Assembly: GCF_964204645.1 (NCBI RefSeq)
Contig: NC_134036.1
Coordinates: 6,739,304-6,803,303, forward strand
Direction: 5' to 3'
Length of the DNA: 64,000 nt
From: Tubulanus polymorphus
Taxonomy: Eukaryota; Animalia; Nemertea
Shown here: piece after piece, positions 49,380-61,340 of the stretch
Layout: each line of letters opens with the position of its first letter
How positions within the stretch are numbered: the first letter of the stretch is position 1
Program-made: the position numbers and the translations under genes
Notes under the pieces: model-generated
The model's database searches: none
Told to the model about the DNA's origin: nothing
Seen by the model: only the letters and a program-made list of their open reading frames with translations

Positions 49380-52300
49380 TGTGTCGGCGGTTGTTGTTCG
49401 AAAAACGACTAAGTGCTGACCGGGCCATGAACAGCGTTACGACCCGGCACCGGTCAGGAAGGGAGGGAGGGTGGCAGTAGGTCGGTCGTCCGTCCGTTCG
49501 TCAGTGTGCCGGCAGTGGTTGTTCGAAAAACGACTAAGTGCTGACCGGGCCTTAATCAGCGTTACGACCCGGCACCGGTCAGGAAGGGAGGGAGGGTGGC
49601 AGTAGGTCGGTCGTCCGTTCGTTGGTCAGTGTGCCGGCGGTGGTAGTTCGAAAAACGACTAAGTGCTGACCGGGCCGTGATCAGCGTTACGACCCGGAGC
49701 AGTGTGGGAGGGAGGGGGACAGTAGGTCGGTCGTCCGTCCGTTCGTCAGTGTGCCGGCGGTGGTTGTTCGAAAAACGACTAAGTGCTGACCGGGCCATGA
49801 TCAGCGTTACGACCCGGTGTAATGAGGGAGGGATGGAGGCACTAGGACAGTCGTCCGCCCGTTAGTCAGTGTGTCGGCGGTTGTTGTTCGAAAAACGACT
49901 AAGTGCTGACCGGGCCATGAACAGCGTTACGACCCGGCACCGGTCAGGAAGGGAGGGAGGGTGGCAGTAGGTCGGTCGTCCGTTCGTTCGTCAGTGTGCC
50001 GGCGGTGGTTGTTCGAATAACGACTAAGTGCTGACCGGGCCTTGATCAGCGTTACGACCCGGCACCGGTCAGGGAGGGAGGGAGGGAGGCAGTAGGTCGG
50101 TCGTCCGTCCGTTCGTCATTGTGCCGGCGGTGGTAGTTCGAAAAACGACTAAGTGCTGACCGGGCCTTGATCAGCGTTACGACCCGGTGCAGTGAGGGAG
50201 GGAGGGAGGCAGTAGGTCGGTCGTCCATCCGTTCGTCAGTGTGCCGGCGGTGGTAGTTCGAAAAACGACTAAGTGCTGACCGGGCCTTGATCAGCGTTAC
50301 GACCCGGTGCAGTGAGGGAGGGAGGGAGGGAGGCAGTAGGTCGGTCGTCCATCCGTTCGTCAGTGTGCCGGCGGTGGTAGTTCGAAAAACGACTAAGTGC
50401 TGACCGGGCCTAGATCAGCGTTACGACTCGGTGCAGTGAGGGAGGGAGAGAGGCAGTAGGTCGGTCGTCCGTCCGGTCGTCAGTGTGCCGGCGGTGGTTG
50501 TTCGAAAAACGAGTAAGTGCTGACCGGGCCTTGATCAGCGTTACGACCCGGTGCAGTGAGGGAGGGAGGGAGGCAGTAGGTCGGTCGTCCGTCCGTTCGT
50601 CAGTGTGCCGGCAGAGTTGGTTGTTCGAAAAACGACTAAGTGCTGACCGGGCCTTGATCAGCGTTACGACCCGGTGCAGTGAGGGAGGGAGGGAGGCAGT
50701 AGGTCGGTCGTCCATCCGTTCGTCAGTGTGCCGGCGGTGGTAGTTCGAAAAACGACTAAGTGCTGACCGGGCCTTGATCAGCGTTACGACCCGGTGCAGT
50801 GAGGGAGGGAGGGAGGGAGGCAGTAGGTCGGTCGTCCATCCGTTCGTCAGTGTGCCGGCGGTGGTAGTTCAAAAAACGACTAAGTGCTGACCGGGCCTTG
50901 ATCAGCGTTACGACCCGGTGCACTGAGGGAGGGAGGGAGGCAGTAGGTCGGTCGTCCGTCCGTTCGCCAGTGTGCCGCTGGTGGTTGTTCGAAAAACGAC
51001 TAAGTGCTGACCGGGCCTTGATCAGCGTTACGACCCGGAGCAGTGAGGAAGGGAGGGAGGCAGTAGGTCGGTCGTCCGTCCGTTCGCCAGTGTACCGCTG
51101 GTGGTTGTTCGAAAAACGACTAAGTGCTGACCGGGCCTTGATCAACGTTACGACCCGGTGCAGTGAGGGAGGGAGGGAGGCACTAGGACAGTCGTCCGCC
51201 CGTTAGTCAGTGTGTCGGCGGTTGTTGTTCGAAAAACGACTAAGTGCTGACCGGGCCATGAACAGCGTTACGACCCGGCACCGGTCAGGAAGGGAGGGAG
51301 GGTGGCAGTAGGTCGGTCGTCCGTTCGTTGGTCAGTGTGCCGGCGGTGGTAGTTCGAAAAACGACTAAGTGCTGACCGGGCCTTGATCAGCGTTACGACC
51401 CGGAGCAGTGTGGGAGGGAGGGGGACAGTAGGTCGGTCGTCCGTCCGTTCGTCAGTGTGTCGGCGGTTGTTGTTCGAAAAACGACTAAGTGCTGACCGGG
51501 CCATGAACAGCGTTACGACCCGGCACCGGTCAGGAAGGGAGGGAGGGTGGCAGTAGGTCGGTCGTCCGTCCGTTCGTCAGTGTGCCGGCGGTGGTTGTTC
51601 GAAAAACGACTAAGTGCTGACCGGGCCTTAATCAGCGTTACGACCCGGCACCGGTCAGGAAGGGAGGGAGGGTGGCAGTAGGTCGGTCGTCCGTTCGTTG
51701 GTCAGTGTGCCGGCGGTGGTAGTTCGAAAAACGACTAAGTGCTGACCGGGCCTTGATCAGCGTTACGACCCGGAGCAGTGTGGGAGGGAGGGGGACAGTA
51801 GGTCGGTCGTCCGTCCGTTCGTCAGTGTGCCGGCGGTGGTTGTTCGAAAAACGACTAAGTGCTGACCGGGCCATGATCAGCGTTACGACCCGGTGTAATG
51901 AGGGAGGGATGGAGGCACTAGGACAGTCGTCCGCCCGTTAGTCAGTGTGTCGGCGGTTGTTGTTCGAAAAACGACTAAGTGCTGACCGGGCCATGGACAG
52001 CGTTACGACCCGGCACCGGTCAGGAAGGGAGGGAGGGTGGCAGTAGGTCGGTCGTCCGTTCGTTCGTCAGTGTGCCGGCGGTGGTTGTTCGAATAACGAC
52101 TAAGTGCTGACCGGGCCTTGATCAGCGTTACGACCCGGCACCGGTCAGGGAGGGAGGGAGGGAGGCAGTAGGTCGGTCGTCCGTCCGTTCGTCATTGTGC
52201 CGGCGGTGGTAGTTCGAAAAACGACTAAGTGCTGACCGGGCCTTGATCAGCGTTACGACCCGGTGCAGTGAGGGAGGGAGGGAGGCAGTAGGTCGGTCGT

Positions 52301-52925
52301 CCATCCGTTCGTCAGTGTGCCGGCGGTGGTAGTTCGAAAAACGACTAAGTGCTGACCGGGCCTTGATCAGCGTTACGACCCGGTGCAGTGAGGGAGGGAG
52401 GGAGGGAGGCAGTAGGTCGGTCGTCCATCCGTTCGTCAGTGTGCCGGCGGTGGTAGTTCGAAAAACGACTAAGTGCTGACCGGGCCTAGATCAGCGTTAC
52501 GACTCGGTGCAGTGAGGGAGGGAGAGAGGCAGTAGGTCGGTCGTCCGTCCGGTCGTCAGTGTGCCGGCGGTGGTTGTTCGAAAAACGACTAAGTGCTGAC
52601 CGGGCCTTGATCAGCGTTACGACCCGGTGCAGTGAGGGAGGGAGGGAGGCAGTAGGTCGGTCGTCCGTCCGTTCGTCAGTGTGCCGGCAGAGTTGGTTGT
52701 TCGAAAAACGACTAAGTGCTGACCGGGCCTTGATCAGCGTTACGACCCGGTGCAGTGAGGGAGGGAGGGAGGCAGTAGGTCGGTCGTCCATCCGTTCGTC
52801 AGTGTGCCGGCGGTGGTAGTTCGAAAAACGACTAAGTGCTGACCGGGCCTTGATCAGCGTTACGACCCGGTGCAGTGAGGGAGGGAGGGAGGGAGGCAGT
52901 AGGTCGGTCGTCCATCCGTTCGTCA
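49380..52925. repeat. Local duplication with 2076-bp (17-monomer) period; partial third copy at ~53590-54380
   Basis: ORFs 49562/51638 and 50410/52486. Marker CCGGTGTAATGAGG at ~49815, ~51891 and ~53858. Confidence 0.85.
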
Positions 52926-55900
52926 GTGTGTCGGCGGTTGTTGTTCGAAAAACGACTAAGTGCTGACCGGGCCATGAACAGCGTTACGACCCGGCACCGG
53001 TCAGGAAGGGAGGGAGGGTGGCAGTAGGTCGGTCGTCCGTTCGTTGGTCAGTGTGCCGGCGGTGGTAGTTCGAAAAACGACTAAGTGCTGACCGGGCCTT
53101 GATCAGCGTTACGACCCGGAGCAGTGTGGGAGGGAGGGGGACAGTAGGTCGGTCGTCCGTCCGTTTGTCAGTGTGCCGGCAGTGATGGTTGTTCGAAAAA
53201 TGACTAAGGGCTGACCGGGCCTTGATCAGCGTTACGACCCGGCGCTGGTCAAGGGCGGGAGGGAGGGAGGCAGTAGGTCGGTCGTCCGTCCGTTCGTCAG
53301 TGTGCCGGCAGAGTTGGTTGTTCGAAAAACGACTAAGTGCTGACCGGGCCTTGATCAGCGTTACGACCCGGTGCTGTGAGGGAGGGAGGGAGGCAGTAGG
53401 TCGGTCGTCCATCCGTTCGTCAGTGTGCCGGCGGTGGTTGTTCGAAAAACGACTAAGTGCTGACCGGGCCTTGATCAGCGTTACGACCCGGCGCAGTGAG
53501 GGAGGGAGGGAGGGAGGCAGTAGGTCGGTCGTCCATCCGTTCGTCAGTGTGCCGGCGGTGGTTGTTCGAAAAACGACTAAGTGCTGACCGGGCCTTAATC
53601 AGCGTTACGACCCGGCACCGGTCAGGAAGGGAGGGAGGGTGGCAGTAGGTCGGTCGTCCGTTCGTAGGTCAGTGTGCCGGCGGTGGTAGTTCGAAAAACG
53701 ACTAAGTGCTGACCGGGCCTTGATCAGCGTTACGACCCGGAGCAGTGTGGGAGGGAGGGGGACAGTAGGTCGGTCGTCCGTCCGTTCGTCAGTGTGCTGG
53801 CGGTGGTTGTTCGAAAAACGACTAAGTGCTGACCGGGCCATGATCAGCGTTACGACCCGGTGTAATGAGGGAGGGATGGAGGCACTAGGACAGTCGTCCG
53901 CCCGTTAGTCAGTGTGTCGGCGGTTGTTGTTCGAAAAACGACTAAGTGCTGACCGGGCCATGAACAGCGTTACGACCCGGCACCGGTCAGGAAGGGAGGG
54001 AGGGTGGCAGTAGGTCGGTCGTCCGTTCGTTCGTCAGTGTGCCGGCGGTGGTTGTTCGAATAACGACTAAGTGCTGACCGGGCCTTGATCAGCGTTACGA
54101 CCCGGCACCGGTCAGGGAGGGAGGGAGGGAGGCAGTAGGTCGGTCGTCCGTCCGTTCGTCATTGTGCCGGCGGTGGTAGTTCGAAAAACGACTAAGTGCT
54201 GACCGGGCCTTGATCAGCGTTACGACCCGGTGCAGTGAGGGAGGGAGGGAGGCAGTAGGTCGGTCGTCCATCCGTTCGTCAGTGTGCCGGCGGTGGTAGT
54301 TCGAAAAACGACTAAGTGCTGACCGGGCCTTGATCAGCGTTACGACCCGGTGCAGTGAGGGAGGGAGGGAGGGAGGCAGTAGGTCGGTCGTCCGTCCGTT
54401 CGTCAGTGTGCCGGCGGTGGTTGTTCGAAAAACGACTAAGTGCTGACCGGGCCTTAATCAGCGTTACGACCCGGCACCGGTCAGGAAGGGAGGGAGGGTG
54501 GCAGTAGGTCGGTCGTCCGTTCGTTGGTCAGTGTGCCGGCGCTGGTAGTTCGAAAAACGACTAAGTGCTGACCGGGCCTTGATCAGCGTTACGACCCGGA
54601 GCAGTGTGGGAGGGAGGGGGACAGTAGGTCGGTCGTCCGTCCGTTCGTCAGTGTGCCGGCAGAGTTGGTTGTTCGAAAAACGACTAAGTGCTGACCGGGC
54701 CTTGATCAGCGTTAGGACCCGGTGCTGTGAGGGAGGGAGGGAGGCAGTAGGTCGGTCGTCCATCCGTTCGTCAGTGTGCCGGCGGTGGTTGTTCGAAAAA
54801 CGACTAAGTGCTGACCGGGCCTTGATCAGCGTTACGACCCGGCGGAGTGAGGAAGGGAGGGAGGGAGGCAGTAGGTCGGTCGTCCATCCGTTCGTCAGGG
54901 TGCCGGCGGTGGTTGTTCGAAAAACGACTAAGTGCTGACCGGGCCTTGATCAGCGTTACGACCCGGTGCAGTGAGGGAGGGAGGGAGGCACTAGGACAGT
55001 CGTCCGCCCGTTAGTCAGTGTGTCGGCGGTTGTTGTTCGAAAAACGACTAAGTGCTGACCGGGCCATGAACAGCGTTACGACCCGGCACCGGTCAGGAAG
55101 GGAGGGAGGGTGGCAGTAGGTCGGTCGTCCGTCCGTTCGTCAGTGTGCCGGTGGTGGTTGTTCGAAAAACGACTAAGTGCTGACCGGGCCTTGATCAGCG
55201 TTACGACCCGGAGCATTGAGGGAGGGAGGGAGGCAGTAGGTCGGTCGTCCGTCCGTTTGTCAGTGTGCCGGCAGTGATGGTTGTTCGAAAAACGACTAAG
55301 TGCTGACCGGGCCTTAATCAGCGTTACGACCCGGCGCTGGTCAGGGAGGGAGGGAGGGAGGCAGTAGGTCGGTCGTCCATCCGTTCGTCAGTGTGCCGGC
55401 GGTGGTAGTTCGAAAAACGACTAAGTGCTGACCGGGCCTTGATCAGCGTTACGACCCTGTGCAGTGAGGGAGGGAGGGAGGCAGTAGGTCAGTCGTCCGT
55501 CCGTTCGTCAGTGTGCCGGCAGAGTTGGTTGTTCGAAGAACGACTAAGTGCTGACCGGGCCTTGATCAGCGTTACGACCCGGTGCAGTGAGGGAGGGAGG
55601 GAGGGAGGCAGTAGGTCGGTCGTCCATCCGTTCGTCAGTGTGCCGGCGGTGGTAGTTCGAAAAACGACTAAGTGCTGACCGGGCCTTGATCAGCGTTACG
55701 ACCCGGTGCAGTGAGGGAGGGAGGGAGGGAGGCAGTAAGTCGGTCGTCCATCCGTTCGTCAGTGTGCCGGCGGTGGTTGTTCGAAAAACGACTAAGTGCT
55801 GACCGGGCCTTGATCAGCGTTACGACCCGGCACCGGTCAGGAAGGGAGGGAGGTCGGCAGTAGGTCGGTCGTCCGTTCGTTCGTCAGTTTGCCGGCGGTG

Positions 55901-57064
55901 GTTGTTCGAATAACGACTAAGTGCTGATCGGGCCTTGATCAGCGTTACGACCCGGCACCGGTCAGGGAGGGAGGGAGGGAGGCAGTAGGTCGGTCGTCCG
56001 TCCGTTCGTCATTGTGCCGGCGGTGGTAGTTCGAAAAACGACTAAGTGCTGACCGGGCCTTGATCAGCGTTACGACCCGGGGCATTGAGGGAGGGAGGGT
56101 GGCAGTAGGTCGGTCGTCCGTCCGTTTGTCAGTGTGCCGGCAGTGATGGTTGTTCGAAAAATGACTAAGGGCTGACCGGGCCTTGATCAGCGTTACGACC
56201 CGGCGCTGGTCAGGGCGGGAGGGAGGGAGGCAGTAGGTCGGTCGTCCATCCGTTCGTCAGTGTGCCGGCGGTGGTAGTTCGAAAAACGACTAAGTGCTGA
56301 CCGGGCCTAGATCAGCGTTACGACTCGGTGCAGTGAGGGAGGGAGAGAGGCAGTAGGTCGGTCGTCCGTCCGGTCGTCAGTGTGCCGGCGGTGGTTGTTC
56401 GAAAAACGACTAAGTGCTGACCGGGCCTTGATCAGCGTTACGACCCGGTGCAGTGAGGGAGGGAGGGAGGCAGTAGGTCGGTCGTCCGTCCGTTCGTCAG
56501 TGTGCCGGCAGAGTTGGTTGTTCGAAAAACGACTAAGTGCTGACCGGGCCTTGATCAGCGTTACGACCCGGTGCAGTGAGAGAGGGAGGGAGGGAGGCAG
56601 TAGGTCGGTCGTCCATCCGTTCGTCAGTGTGCCGGCGGTGGTAGTTCGAAAAACGACTAAGTGCTGACCGGGCCTAGATCAGCGTTACGACTCGGTGCAG
56701 TGAGGGAGGGAGAGAGGCAGTAGGTCGGTCGTCCGTCCGGTCGTCAGTGTGCCGGCGGTGGTTGTTCGAAAAACGACTAAGTGCTGACCGGGCCTTGATC
56801 AGCGTTACGACCCGGAGCAGTGAGGGAGGGAGGGAGGCAGTAGGTCGGTCGTCCGTCCGTTCGCCAGTGTGCCGCTGGTGGTTGTTCGAAAAACGACTAA
56901 GTGCTGACCGGGCCTTGATCAGCGTTACGACCCGGTGCAGTGAGGGAGGGAGGGAGGGAGGCACTAGGACAGTCGTCCGCCCGTTAGTCAGTGTGTCGGC
57001 GGTTGTTGTTCGAAAAACGACTAAGTGCTGACCGGTCCATGAACAGCGTTACGACCCGGCACCG

Positions 57065-58900
57065 GTCAGGAAGGGAGGAAGGGTGGCAGTAGGTCGGTCA
57101 TCCGTTCGTTGGTCAGTGTGCCGGCGGTGGTAGTTCGAAAAACGACTAAGTGCTGACCGGGCCTTGATCAGCGTTACGACCCGGAGCATTGAGGGAGGGA
57201 GGGAGGCAGTAGGTCGGTCGTCCGTCCGTTTGTCAGTGTGCCGGCAGTGATGGTTGTTCGAAAAATGACTAAGGGCTGACCGGGCCTTGATCAGCGTTAC
57301 GACCCGGCGCTGGTCAAGGGCGGGAGGGAGGGAGGCAGTAGGTCGGTCGTCCATCCGTTCGTCAGTGTGCCGGCGGTGGTTGTTCGAAAAACGACTAAGT
57401 GCTGACCGGGCCTTGATCAGCGTTACGACCCGGCGCAGTGAGGGAGGGAGGGAGGGAGGCAGTAGGTCGGTCGTCCATCCGTTCGTCAGTGTGCCGGCGG
57501 TGGTTGTTCGAAAAACGACTAAGTGCTGACCGGGCCTTGGTCAGCGTTACGGCCCGGTGCAGTGAGGGAGGGAGGGAGGCACTAGGACAGTCGTCCGCCC
57601 GTTAGTCAGTGTGTCGGCGGTTGTTGTTCGAAAAACGACTAAGTGCTGACCGGTCCATGAACAGCGTTACGACCCGGCACCGGTCAGGAAGGGAGGAAGG
57701 GTGGCAGTAGGTCGGTCATCCGTTCGTTGGTCAGTGTGCCGGCGGTGGTAGTTCGAAAAACGACTAAGTGCTGACCGGGCCTTGATCAGCGTTACGAACC
57801 GGAGCATTGAGGGAGGGAGGGAGGCAGTAGGTCGGTCGTCCGTCCGTTTGTCAGTGTGCCGGCAGTGATGGTTGTTCGAAAAATGACTAAGGGCTGACCG
57901 GGCCTTGATCAGCGTTACGACCCGGCGCTGGTCAGGAAGGGAGGAAGGGTGGCAGTAGGTCGGTCATCCGTTCGTTGGTCAGTGTGCCGGCGGTGGTAGT
58001 TCGAAAAACGACTAAGTGCTGACCGGGCCTTGATCAGCGTTACGACCCGGAGCATTGAGGGAGGGAGGGAGGGAGGCAGTAGGTCGGTCGTCCGTCCGTT
58101 TGTCAGTGTGCCGGCAGTGATGGTTGTTCGAAAAATGACTAAGGGCTGACCGGGCCTTGATCAGCGTTACGACCCGGCGCTGGTCAAGGGCGGGAGGGAG
58201 GGAGGCAGTAGGTCGGTCGTCCATCCGTTCGTCAGTGTGCCGGCGGTGGTTGTTCGAAAAACGACTAAGTGCTGACCGGGCCTTGATCAGCGTTACGACC
58301 CGGCGCAGTGAGGGAGGGAGGGAGGGAGGCAGTAGGTCGGTCGTCCATCCGTTCGTCAGTGTGCCGGCTGTGGTTGTTCGAAAAACGACTAAGTGCTGAC
58401 CGGGCCTTGGTCAGCGTTACGGCCCGGTGCAGTGAGGGAGGGAGGGAGGCACTAGGACAGTCGTCCGCCCGTTAGTCAGTGTGTCGGCGGTTGTTGTTCG
58501 AAAAACGACTAAGTGCTGACCGGTCCATGAACAGCGTTACGACCCGGCACCGGTCAGGAAGGGAGGAAGGGTGGCAGTAGGTCGGTCATCCGTTCGTTGG
58601 TCAGTGTGCCGGCGGTGGTAGTTCGAAAAACGACTAAGTGCTGACCGGGCCTTGATCAGCGTTACGAACCGGAGCATTGAGGGAGGGAGGGAGGCAGTAG
58701 GTCGGTCGTCCGTCCGTTTGTCAGTGTGCCGGCAGTGATGGTTGTTCGAAAAATGACTAAGGGCTGACCGGGCCTTGATCAGCGTTACGACCCGGCGCTG
58801 GTCAGGAAGGGAGGAAGGGTGGCAGTAGGTCGGTCATCCGTTCGTTGGTCAGTGTGCCGGCGGTGGTAGTTCGAAAAACGACTAAGTGCTGACCGGGCCT
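57065..58900. repeat. Local tandem duplication with 870-bp (7-monomer) period
   Basis: ORFs 57287/58157. Markers CCTTGGTCAGCGTTACGGCCCGG and TTACGAACCGG each occur twice, 870 apart. Confidence 0.88.
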
Positions 58901-60839
58901 TGATCTGCGTTACGACCCGGAGCAGTGTGGGAGGGAGGGGGACAGTAGGTCGGTCGTCCGTCCGTTCGTCAGTGTGCCGGCAGAGTTGGTTGTTCGAAAA
59001 ACGACTAATTGCTGACCGGGCCTTGATCAGCGTTAGGACCCGGTGCTGTGAGAGAGGGAGGGAGGCAGTAGGTCGGTCGTCCGTCCGTTTGTCAGTGTGC
59101 CGGCAGTGATGGTTGTTCGAAAAATGACTAAGGGCTGACCGGGCCTTGATCAGCGTTACGACCCGGCGCTGGTCAGGGAGGGAGGGAGGGAGGCAGTAGG
59201 TCGGTCGTCCATCCGTTCGTCAGTGTGCCGGCGGTGGTTGTTCGAAAAACGACTAAGTGCTGACCGGGCCTAGATCAGCGTTACGACTCGGTGCAGTGAG
59301 GGAGGGAGAGAGGCAGTAGGTCGGTCGTCCGTCCGGTCCTCAGTGTGCCGGCGGTGGTTGTTCGAAAAACGACTAAGTGCTGACCGGGCCTTGATCAGCG
59401 TTACGACCCGGTGCAGTGAGGGAGGGAGGGAGGCAGTAGGTCGGTCGTCCGTCCGTTCGTCAGTGTGCCGGCAGAGTTGGTTGTTCGAAAAACGACTAAG
59501 TGCTGACCGGGCCTTGATCAGCGTTACGACCCGGTGCAGTGAGAGAGGGAGGGAGGGAGGCAGTAGGTCGGTCGTCCATCCGTTCGTCAGTGTGCCGGCG
59601 GTGGTAGTTCGAAAAACGACTAAGTGCTGACCGGGCCTTGATCAGCGTTACGACCCGGTGCAGTGAGGGAGGGAGGGAGGGAGGCAGTAGGTCGGTCGTC
59701 CATCCGTTCGTCAGTGTGCCGGCGGTGGTAGTTCAAAAAACGACTAAGTGCTGACCGGGCCTTGATCAGCGTTACGACCCGGAGCAGTGTGGGAGGGAGG
59801 GGGACAGTAGGTCGGTCGTCCGTCCGTTCGTCAGTGTGCCGGCAGAGTTGGTTGTTCGAAAAACAACTAAGTGCTGACCGGGCCTTGATCAGCGTTACGA
59901 CCCGGAGCAGTGAGGGAGGGAGGGAGGCAGTAGGTCGGTCGTCCGTCCGTTCGCCAGTGTGCCGCTGGTGGTTGTTCGAAAAACGACTAAGTGCTGACCG
60001 GGCCTTGATCAGCGTTACGACCCGGTGCAGTGAGGGAGGGAGGGAGGCACTAGGACAGTCGTCCGCCCGTTAGTCAGTGTGTCGGCGGTTGTTGTTCGAA
60101 AAACGACTAAGTGCTGACCGGGCCATGAACAGCGTTACGACCCGGCACCGGTCAGGAAGGGAGGGAGGGTGGCAGTAGGTCGGTCGTCCGTTCGTTCGTC
60201 AGTGTGCCGGCGGTGGTTGTTCGAAAAACGACTAAGTGCTGACCGGGCCTTGATCAGCGTTACGACCCGGTGCAGTGAGGGAGGGGGGGAGGCAGTAGGT
60301 CGGTCGTCCGTCCGTTCGTCATTGTGCCGGCGGTGGTAGTTCGAAAAACGACTAAGTGCTGACCGGGCCTTGATCAGCGTTACGACCCGAAGCATTGAGG
60401 GAGGGAGGGAGGCAGTAGGTCGGTCGTCCGTCCGTTTGTCAGTGTGCCGGCAGTGATGGTTGTTCGAAAAATGACTAAGGGCTGACCGGGCCTTGATCAG
60501 CGTTACGACCCGGCGCTGGTCAGGGCGGGAGGGAGGGAGGCAGTAGGTCGGTCGTCCATCCGTTCGTCAGTGTGCCGGCGGAGGTAGTTCGAAAAACGAC
60601 TAAGTGCTGACCGGGCCTAGATCAGCGTTACGACTCGGTGCAGTGAGGGAGGGAGAGAGGCAGTAGGTCGGTCGTCCGTCCGGTCGTCAGTGTGCCGGCG
60701 GTGGTTGTTCGAAAAACGACTAAGTGCTGACCGGGCCTTGATCAGCGTTACGACCCGGTGCAGTGAGGGAGGGAGGGAGGGAGGCAGTAGGTCGGTCGTC
60801 CATCCGTTCGTCAGTGTGCCGGCGGTGGTAGTTCGAAAA

Positions 60840-61340
60840 ACGACTAAGTGCTGACCGGGCCTTGATCAGCGTTACGACCCGGTGCAGTGAGGGAGGGAGG
60901 GAGGGAGGCAGTAGGTCGGTCGTCCATCCGTTCGTCAGTGTGCCGGCGGTGGCAGTTCAAAAAACGACTAAGTGCTGACCGGGCCTTGATCAGCGTTACG
61001 ACCCGGTGCAGTGAGGGAGGGAGGGAGGCAGTAGGTCGGTCGTCCGTCCGTTCGCCAGTGTGCCGCTGGTTGTTGTTCGAAAAACGACTAAGTGCTGACC
61101 GGGCCTTGATCAGCGTTACGACCCGGTGCAGTGAGGGAGGGAGGGAGGGAGGCAGTAGGTCGGTCGTCCATCCGTTCGTCAGTGTGCCGGCGGTGGCAGT
61201 TCAAAAAACGACTAAGTGCTGACCGGGCCTTGATCAGCGTTACGACCCGGTGCAGTGAGGGAGGGAGGGAGGCAGTAGGTCGGTCGTCCGTCCGTTCGCC
61301 AGTGTGCCGCTGGTTGTTGTTCGAAAAACGACTAAGTGCT
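60840..61340. repeat. Local 244-bp (dimer) tandem duplication
   Basis: ORFs 60887/61131. Private variant GGTGGCAGTTCAAAA occurs twice. Confidence 0.85.
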
